Positions 56,092 through 64,000 of a stretch of 64,000 nt of DNA are shown in pieces. Each line of letters starts with the position of its first letter. Position 1 is the stretch's first letter. Under the pieces are notes generated by a model. It had not been told where the DNA came from, did no database searches, and worked only from the letters and a program-made list of their open reading frames with translations. The position numbers and the translations under genes are program-made. The stretch comes from Octopus vulgaris. Lineage: Eukaryota. The DNA lies in the NCBI GenBank assembly GCA_951406725.2, contig OX597828.1, positions 77,190,001-77,254,000 of the forward strand, in the 5' to 3' direction.

Positions 56092-56589
56092 GACTTGGCA
56101 GAGAAAACAAACCCGAAGGCATCATCGAAAGTGATAATGCAAAGATCCTGTGGGATTTTATGATTCAGTGCGACCATGAGATAGAGAATAGGAAGCCAGA
56201 TATAGTGTTAATTGAGAAAGAAAGCAAACGATGCTGGATCATAGATACAGCATGCCCAGCTGAGAACAAGGTATGCGATAAGGAAGAAAGAAAAGTCGAG
56301 GTATATGACAGGTTAGCTTGAGAGGTAAAGCAGTTGTAGTCGATGAAAAAGGTGGCAGTGGTACCAATAATTGTTGGAGCACTGGGAACAGTGAGTAAAA
56401 ATCTTGAGAAGTACATGGAACAAATAGGGGCTGCAATAAGGGTGGAGCACTTGCAGAAAACAACACTGCTTGGAACCGCTCGAATACTCCGGAAGGTGCT
56501 CGAAAAATAAGAAGTGTTACCTTAGTTCACTGGTAGTGAACAGCTAAGACCGTAGTACATCTCCAGTGTTAGAAGCTGTGCAAAGGCAA

Positions 56590-56590
<1 letters not shown>
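56091..56590 (+). mobile_element. R4/Dong-like (RLE) non-LTR retrotransposon 3' fragment 1 in (TAA)n
   Basis: 'AKILWDFMIQCDHEIENRKPDIVLIEK..CWIIDTACP..K..Y..VVPIIVGALG..LQKTTLLGTARILRKVL*' (PD..D/E-xK endonuclease); internal stops. Confidence 0.88.
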
Positions 56591-57087
<497 letters not shown>

Positions 57088-58047
57088 GAAAACAACAAAA
57101 GTTATAAAACAAATGAAATCCAAACTAAAAATAGAACAGCAACGAACCATGATAAAACGATGGCAAGAAAAGCCCCTTTATGGTAAATACTGGACTAAAC
57201 TAAACGCAAAAGAAATAGACAAAGAAATAGACAAAATCCCAGCAATGGTTGAGAAGCTCAGGACTCAAAGCAAAAACAGAGGGATTTTTAATTGCAGCAC
57301 AAGACCAAAGCCTCCCCACCAGAAATTACCAAAAACATGTAATGAAAAGAAATATAACAAGTAACTGCAGAATATGTGGAGATGGACAAGAAACAATAAA
57401 TCATATTATCTCTGGCTGCCCAGTCCTGGCTAAGAAGGAATATATTCACAGACATGACAAAGTTGGAACCTACATACACTGGAAGCTATGCCAACATTAT
57501 GGAATAACAACAGAAAAAAGATGGTATAGGCACACACCAGAAAAGGTCACAGAAAACGAGAAAGCAACCATACTCTGGGATATGCCGATACACACAGATA
57601 GAGAAATTAAGGCCAACAGACCAGATATAGTTGTCAGAGATCATGAAGAAAAAAAAAAGCTTTCTAATTGATGTATCAATACCGGCAGATGACAACGTGT
57701 CTCTAAAAGAAATGGAGAAACTCTCAAAATACAAAGACCTAGAAATAAAGATAACCAGAATGTGGAATCTGAAAACAGAAACAATTCCTATCATAGTAGG
57801 TGCATTAGGCATGATAAAAAAATATTCAGACAAATACATAACAAAAAAACCAGGACTTACAAACACATATAACATACAGAAAATTGCACTACTAGGCACT
57901 GCACACATCCTACGCAGAACACTTTCCATACAATAACCATCAGAGCATCACAACAAATCACACAGAAACTGAAAGAAGCCCGTCGTATATATGCACACAG
58001 AGCTGCGCTCGGTAGTGAAGTGAAAGCATGCTATAAAAATAAAACTA

Positions 58048-58050
<3 letters not shown>
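57088..58050 (+). mobile_element. R4/Dong-like non-LTR 3' fragment 2 (CCHC knuckle + RLE + 3' UTR, TAA tail)
   Basis: 'WQEKPLYGKY', 'TEGFLIAAQDQSLPTRNY', 'CRICGDGQETINHIISGC', 'YIHRHD', 'ILWD..NRPDIV..IDVSIP..EKLSKYKDL..IPIIVGALG..LLGTAHILRR'; frameshifts. Confidence 0.92.
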
Positions 58051-58136
<86 letters not shown>

Positions 58137-58138
<2 letters not shown>

Positions 58139-58249
58139 TGATGCATGTGCCTGGTGTACCCTTATCAGACGGGTAGTCATGATGGGTATACTGGGCTTCG
58201 TATATTTTACCCCAGTGTCACTTTGATGGCATGCTCTGCTCGCTCACTC

Positions 58250-58251
<2 letters not shown>
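58137..58251 (+). mobile_element. 3' fragment of a TAA-tailed non-coding repeat (inverted relative to 58767-58879)
   Basis: Near reverse complement of 58767-58879; flanked by (TAA)n. Confidence 0.75.
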
Positions 58252-58314
<63 letters not shown>

Positions 58315-58345
58315 TAATAACAACAACAACAACAACAACAACAAC

Positions 58346-58396
<51 letters not shown>

Positions 58397-58615
58397 TCTT
58401 TCTACTATAGGCAGAAGGTCTGAAATTTGGGGGAAGGGGACCAGTCGATTAGATCGACCCCAATACTCAACTGGTACTTCATTTATTGATCCTGAAAGGA
58501 TGAAAGGCAAGGCAAAGTCGACCTTGGCGGAATTTGAACTCAGAACGTAGTTGCAGACGAAATAGCGCTAAGCATTTCGCCCGGCGTGCTAACGACTTTC
58601 CCAGCTCGCTGCCTG
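58397..58615 (-). mobile_element. SINE family A
   Basis: 'tctactataggcagaagg..ctggtactt..gaaaggatgaaaggcaa..gtcgaccttggcggaatttgaactcagaacg..ccggcgtgctaacga..ccagctcgctgcc'. Confidence 0.85.
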
Positions 58616-58683
58616 CATAGTAGTAGTAGTAGTAGTAGTAGTAATATATTCAGCCCAGTCAAATCGAATGATATTTTTTATTA

Positions 58684-58756
<73 letters not shown>

Positions 58757-58766
58757 CATTATTATT

Positions 58767-59250
58767 GAGTGAGAGAGCAGTTCATGCCATCAAAGTGACA
58801 CTGGGGTAAAATATACGAAGCCCAATATACCCATCATGACTACCCGTCTGATAAAGGTACACCAGGCACATGCATCACAACCATATGTGCGCGACATGGT
58901 GATCTCATATCAAGATAAACAGCACATGACCTCGCAGGTGGGGCCCAGTTAGAATTTTCTTCAGGTTGAGTAGCCCATCCCGCTCAAAAGATCCTTGAAT
59001 AAGGGTTGTTTAAGGATGTTGAAAAAACCACCCATTTTTCCAGAGGTGAATTATTCAAACCCCAAAGAATCCCCCCAACACATGGCCATGATGCTCCCCC
59101 ACTACTTCTGCTCGTGATCAGAGATGTACATATCGTCAGCCACTAAGGGACATGCTCAACTGGTTAAGGTCAAACAACTGACAAGCAAATCTGTGGTATT
59201 GAGCAGAATATTTGCTGTAGCCCATCTTTTATACCAAGACAAAACAATGT
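58767..59250 (-). mobile_element. ~480-bp non-coding repeat inserted in (TAA)n, no tRNA head
   Basis: TAA arrays on both sides; its 3' 115 bp are repeated at 58137-58251. Confidence 0.65.
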
Positions 59251-59369
59251 ATATTATTATTATTATTATTATTTAGTAGTAGTAGTAGTAGTAGTAGTGT
59301 TATTGCGATGACGATGACGACGACGACGATGATGATGATGATAGCGTCAGCATGCGTGCAGTTTTTGCT

Positions 59370-59700
59370 ATTAAAATGTAAATAATCTGGGCTATTAACG
59401 CCATCTTGTAGGGCCACTCCAGAGGAATATTTCCCTTGTAATATCCAAAACCCATTATGTCAGTTCTTTGGTAGAATCGCTGGGATGACGTTCAAAATAT
59501 CTTTGAGGTAATCCTTTCGGTTCTTCTGCGTTCTTCAAGAAGATGAGGCCTGCATCCAGCTGGGAAGATGGCATTGCGTAAAACGAACTGCAGAAATCAC
59601 TTTTGTATTCGTCCACAAATATTCTCTGGCAGTTTCGTTTGTCATGAAAGTGCTGCAAGGAAGGATGATTAGTGCTATAAAACTGAACCTGTACACCAGA
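59370..59700 (-). pseudogene. Possible decayed Tc1/mariner (maT/DD37D-like) transposase fragment
   Basis: 'QFYSTNHPSLQHFHDKRNCQRIF' (cf. FSDEKxFTLQQxHNKQNDRI) and frameshifted 'MGFGYYKGNIPL..DGVNSPDY' (cf. VMVWxGIxxxGKxPL...GVKINxxxY); weak. Confidence 0.3.
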
Positions 59701-60042
59701 CCTTAAACACCATGTCATGTTGAGAATATCTATAAACATTTTAACGTTGGTGGAAGTATTACATAAATATTTTGTAATCTACCCAAGAATGTCTCGTATT
59801 CCAACAAATATTTATTTCTATAGAAAATATTTGACTCAACATCTTTAGACGGACACTTGAAGAAAGGTCAAGAAAATAAACCATGTACTAGTAATAAAAG
59901 GTTCGAATTTAGTAGGGTATATACTCAGAGTTTTTAAATTTCATCGTGCGACGTCAAGGATTAAATTTAATATGATTGTTGATAATAGGAAAATATTATT
60001 ATTACTTCAACTTAAATATTGTGGTGTTTTAACACATCAATA

Positions 60043-60946
60043 CGGGATGGATGCGTTCAAAAGGTATCCGGTTTTGTTTTTGCTTTTTTGTTGTTTTTTT
60101 GTTTTGTTTTTCACCAAAACTAATGCTACATTGGTAAAATCCTTTAGATAGAAGGAGACGACACCCTTCCTACGTGTGCGGGAACACACTTTTGTGCCGA
60201 TAGGCCGAGTCAGTTCACGGGTGTTACGCCTACAGCACAGAGGTGCAGTGCGCGCTCGTTGGATTTTCGTTTTCATGCAAGGTGACAGAATACATCGAGC
60301 AGACATGATAAACTTGTGTCTCATCACTAGTGATGATGGACTTCATGAAGCCTGGATCGTGGTTTGCACAGTCCAGCATCTTCTGAGCGATTTCCATGCG
60401 GAGTTGCTTCTTGTGGATGAATTTCGCTGACACTCTCCGCATGCACAAAACCTCAGTTAATGCACTGGCCCTGTCCTTATTCCCAATTTCCTGGAACGCT
60501 ATGTGATGGGCTTCCATCACTGCTCGCCGAACCTTCTCTTTTTTTCGGTTTCTGGATGGTCTGTCTTAGCATACCTCGCTCCCCACTAAGGTGCGGCCAT
60601 GTTTAAGGCGGTTGTACCACTCTTTGACATGAGTTTATCATCGCCAAAGGTCTGCTGCATCTCCTGGGAGATTTGAGTTTAAGAATCACCAAACTTTTCT
60701 CAAAACTGATGCAATATCTCTGCTCGATGAGTTCGGTGAAAATAAAGATCCGACGAGCGCGCATTAAAGGCCTGTAATCTAGGTAAAATAGCCGAGAACT
60801 AACACGGCCTACAACTGGCATGAAAATTTTCACGCATGCGGAGGAAGGGCAACTCATCTCCCATCCAAATGATTTTGCTCGCGCATGCAGCATTAGTCTT
60901 GGCGGGAAAAATAAACTCTGATATTTTTTTAAAAGCACTTCAGATA
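60043..60946 (-). mobile_element. Second mariner non-autonomous derivative with long inverted arms
   Basis: Minus remnant 'ELIEQRYCI..QQTFGD..EKVRRAVME..LCMRRVSAKFI..LRMEIAQKMLDCANHDPGFMKSIITSDETQVY' (up to the first catalytic D). Degenerate TIRs; 60172-60303 is inverted at 60719-60840. Confidence 0.8.
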
Positions 60947-61412
60947 TCCATTTAAAATTTCATTAACTTAAATGTGGAACAGTTTTCTATACGAATCAAT
61001 CTTTTGTTGAGGAATATCACATTTGAAAATGTTTTCTGATAAGATATGTGAAGTTTACTGAGGCAAATTGAGTTGCAGAAAATACCGATTCTATTTTTAT
61101 TTTATTTATTTATATTTTGTAGATATTCAACATCATTAATAAAATAACCACGAAATGTAATTTCGTTCAGAGTTAAACAAGTCTTTATGGGAATCAAATA
61201 TAATTTTAGAACTCAGGAGAAAATAATGGGCGTGTGAGTGTGTGTGGGGTGTATGTGTGAGTGTGTGTATGTGTGTGTGAGCGTTTGTGTATGTGTGTGT
61301 GTGTGAGTGTGTGTGTATATGTATGTGTGAGTGTGTGTGTGATTGTATGTGTGTATGTGTATGTATGTGTGTGTATGTGTGAGTGTGTGTGTGTATGTAT
61401 GTGTAAATGTGT

Positions 61413-61455
<43 letters not shown>

Positions 61456-61550
61456 TGCGTTCCTGATGAAATGAAACATTTAGAATTTGGAACTTTTAAA
61501 CAACAAAACGCCAAAGAAAATCAAGTAATATTTTCAGGCAAATCAGTTTC

Positions 61551-61733
61551 TTACATTATTTACGTTATTTACATTATTTACATTCGACGGATATTTGTCT
61601 TCATCTTGTTGGTTGTTAACACAACCTTTCGGCTGATATACCTTCCAGCCATGGGTATATGGCGTAGTGGTTAAGAGCGCGGACTACTAACACCAAGATT
61701 ACGAGTTCGATTCCAGGCAATAATAATAATAAC

Positions 61734-61774
<41 letters not shown>

Positions 61775-61955
61775 CATCGAAAAATACCTTAGAAATGAGA
61801 ACCCGGGTTCGAAATTTCCCCAAGACACCTCATGAAGGCTGGAAGGTATATCAGCCGAAACGTTTTGTTAACAACAAACAAGATGAGGACAAATATCCGT
61901 CGAATGTAAATAATGTAAATAATGTACATAATTCCTCATCTCTTAAACATAAAAC
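61551..61955 (+). mobile_element. tRNA-headed, hammerhead-containing SINE/retrozyme-like element (copy 2) with inverted terminal duplication
   Basis: A-box 61660-61670, B-box 61703-61714, (AAT)n, hammerhead at 61824-61869 (core mutated to CUCAUGA). 61551-61650 is the reverse complement of 61837-~61927. Confidence 0.82.
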
Positions 61956-62104
61956 CAGTTTCTTTACTTTTACTAACTCCAGGATTTTCTTTGTTTTCTT
62001 TGCTTGTGTTTTTTTTTTTGGTTATTTTTTATCTTGGTGGTGGAGATTTATTCTTTATCTAGGGACAGGCATGGCTTTATGGTAAGAAGTTAGCTTCCCA
62101 CCAC

Positions 62105-62660
62105 AGTCGCTACGATAAAGTGTATGTGTATCTTCATTGGCTCCTACGCTGTAAATACCAATATGAAGTAACAGAGAACTGGTATGAGCATGTACCAAGT
62201 AAAGTAAAGAGGATGGGAAAATAACGATACTCTGGGTCTATGATTTTCAGAAAGGACGTGTAATCGAATACCGTCGGCCGGGTGTTGTCATACTGAATAA
62301 GAGAGACAAATTCTGTCAGATAAGTGATTTAACCATGCCAAATGATATGAATGTTGTGAGTAAAGATGTTGAAAAAATCACCAAGTACTCCGAATTGAAA
62401 ATGGAAATGGCAAGATTGTGTGGAATGCGAGATCGTAATGTAAAAGTGTTACCAGTGATGGGACAGTTGGTCTCAATCCCATTGAAACTTCATGACTTCT
62501 TAAGGTAACTGGAAATCCCATGCAAGATTGATGTCTTGCAAAAAGCAACCTTACTGGGGGCAGCGAACATCTTAAGGAAAGTATTACCTGTCTGTGGTTC
62601 TTGTTGTGACTTGACAGATGACTAAAGACTCCGGTGCATTTTTACCTACACTGTATTACG
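62105..62660 (+). mobile_element. R4/Dong-like 3' fragment 3, followed by (GAA)n
   Basis: 'RYDKVYVYLHWLL..WYEHVP..ITILW..IEYRRPGVV..KITKYSELKME..LQKATLLGAANILRKVL'. Confidence 0.8.
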
Positions 62661-62693
62661 AAGGAAGAAGAAGAAGAAAAAAAGAAGAAGAAG

Positions 62694-62724
<31 letters not shown>

Positions 62725-63050
62725 TGAAGAAGAAGAAGAAGGAGGAGAAGAAGAAGAAGAAGAAGAAGAAGAAGAAGAAGAAGAAGAAGGAGAAGAAGAA
62801 GAAGAAGAAGAAGAAGAAGAAAAGGAGAAGAAGAAGAAGAAGAAGAAGAAGAAGAAGAAGAAGAAGAAGAAGAAGAAGAAGAAGAAGAAGAAGAAGAAGA
62901 AGGAGATGAAGATGAAGAAGAAGAAGAAGAAGAAGGAGATGAAGATGAAGAAGAAGAAGAAGAAGAAGAAGAAGAAGAAAAAGAAGAAGAAGAAGAAGAA
63001 GAAGAAGAAGAAGAAGAAGAAGAAGAAGAAGAAGAAGAAGAAGAAGAAGA
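62661..63050. repeat. (GAA)n ~390 bp with few interruptions
   Basis: Direct inspection. Confidence 0.96.
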
Positions 63051-63745
63051 GTGAATCCAAACCCCTCCAGGGCTTGAAAATGATTACATCCCACTCCTTT
63101 GGAACTTTACTGTTTAAACTGACAGAAAGGTAGATGCAAATAGGCCAAACATTATATTGAAGAATTTCAGGCGAAAATCATTCCTTCTGGTTGCTACGAC
63201 TGTCCCAATCGGCATAAATGCATCTAGCAAGACCCACCAAAAACTGAGCAAGTATAATGAACTGTAAATAGAAGCTGGAAAAATGTGGAACCTTAGGACT
63301 AAAACGATACCTGCTGTTATAGGTCCCCTAGTAATAAAAATAAAAGGGACAGATTGCTACTTAGCTCAGATACCAGGAAATCCAAATATAGAAAAAAATT
63401 TAATAAACGGTTCTGAAGGGAACTGTTCATATCCTACGAACATAGTGTCTACGTAATCCCCGAAACATTATCAAAAGTACATAACAGCAAACACCTTTTA
63501 CTGTCGTCTTAACATCAGACTATCATCTTATAATCAAATTAATTTTAATACAAACTTCTAATTTTCTTGTTTTCTCAGACATTCTCTATAAAAATAGCTC
63601 GTGCAAAAGCCAAATATGGCACCCTAGTCATAACACCAACTTGAACTTCTACCTTGTTGCCTCTTGAGTTCTCTGGGTGAGACTTGGAATCAACTTGTAC
63701 AAACACAAAGCAAAAGCCAAACATGTTATTAATAATAATAATAAT
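63051..63745 (+). mobile_element. R4/Dong-like 3' fragment 4 with 3' UTR and TAA tail
   Basis: 'LENDYIPLLWNF..TDRKVDANRPNIIL..QKLSKYNEL*IEAGKMWNLRTKTIPAVIGPL..VLKGTVHILR'. Confidence 0.82.
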
Positions 63746-63930
63746 CCTTTCTACTACAGACACAAGGGCTGAAATTTTGGGGAAGGGAGCCCAATCGATT
63801 TGAACGACCCCAGTACGCAACTGGTACTTAATTTATTGACCCTAAAAGGAAGAAAGGCAAAGTTGACCTCGGCGAAATTTGAACTCAGAACGTAGCGACG
63901 GGCGAAATACTGCCAGCTCGCTGCCTTCAT
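63746..63930 (-). mobile_element. SINE family A followed by (TAA)n
   Basis: 'ctttctactacagacacaaggg..ctggtacttaatttattgaccctaaaaggaagaaaggcaaagttgacctcggcgaaatttgaactcagaacg..ccagctcgctgcc'. Confidence 0.85.
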
Positions 63931-63931
63931 G

Positions 63932-64000
<69 letters not shown>

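Noticed and set aside
61459-61486. CTGATGA-aat-GAAACATTTA hammerhead-like word
   Set aside because: No stem II, imperfect stem III palindrome and only a weak 4-bp stem I; compatible with chance.
61653-61720. Functional tRNA gene (also 23925-23988)
   Set aside because: A/B boxes are present, but there is no complete acceptor stem or terminator and it is fused to a repeat body; treated as a SINE head.

Overview
AT-rich, microsatellite-saturated animal genomic DNA with no recognisable host protein-coding exon. The SINE families and repeat landscape look like an octopus (cephalopod) genome; this is inferred, not proven. Almost all ORF-track entries are translated simple repeats. The real coding signal comes from transposable elements: (1) a decayed Helitron RepHel (6.9-9.9 kb) plus a complete non-autonomous Helitron (38818-39616) with the same 3' hairpin-CTAG end; (2) a near-intact Neptune-type Penelope-like element (RT + GIY-YIG) arranged as a ~5.3 kb palindrome (29.5-34.8 kb), plus older Penelope-like relics; (3) two Tx1/L1-like pieces, one an ORF1-only 'half-L1' derivative; (4) two fold-back mariner derivatives; (5) four R4/Dong-like 3' fragments in (TAA)n/(GAA)n arrays; (6) many tRNA-derived SINEs. 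The most interesting signal is a candidate hammerhead-ribozyme retro-system. The Penelope 3' UTR carries a minimal type I hammerhead with a compensatory U3-A8 core. A separate non-coding element (copies at 23.6-24.0 and 61.55-61.95 kb) fuses a tRNA-like Pol III head, an (AAT)n spacer and a minimal hammerhead; one copy has a Penelope-style inverted end. It looks like a Penelope-mobilised, ribozyme-bearing SINE/retrozyme. Coordinates of degraded elements are approximate.
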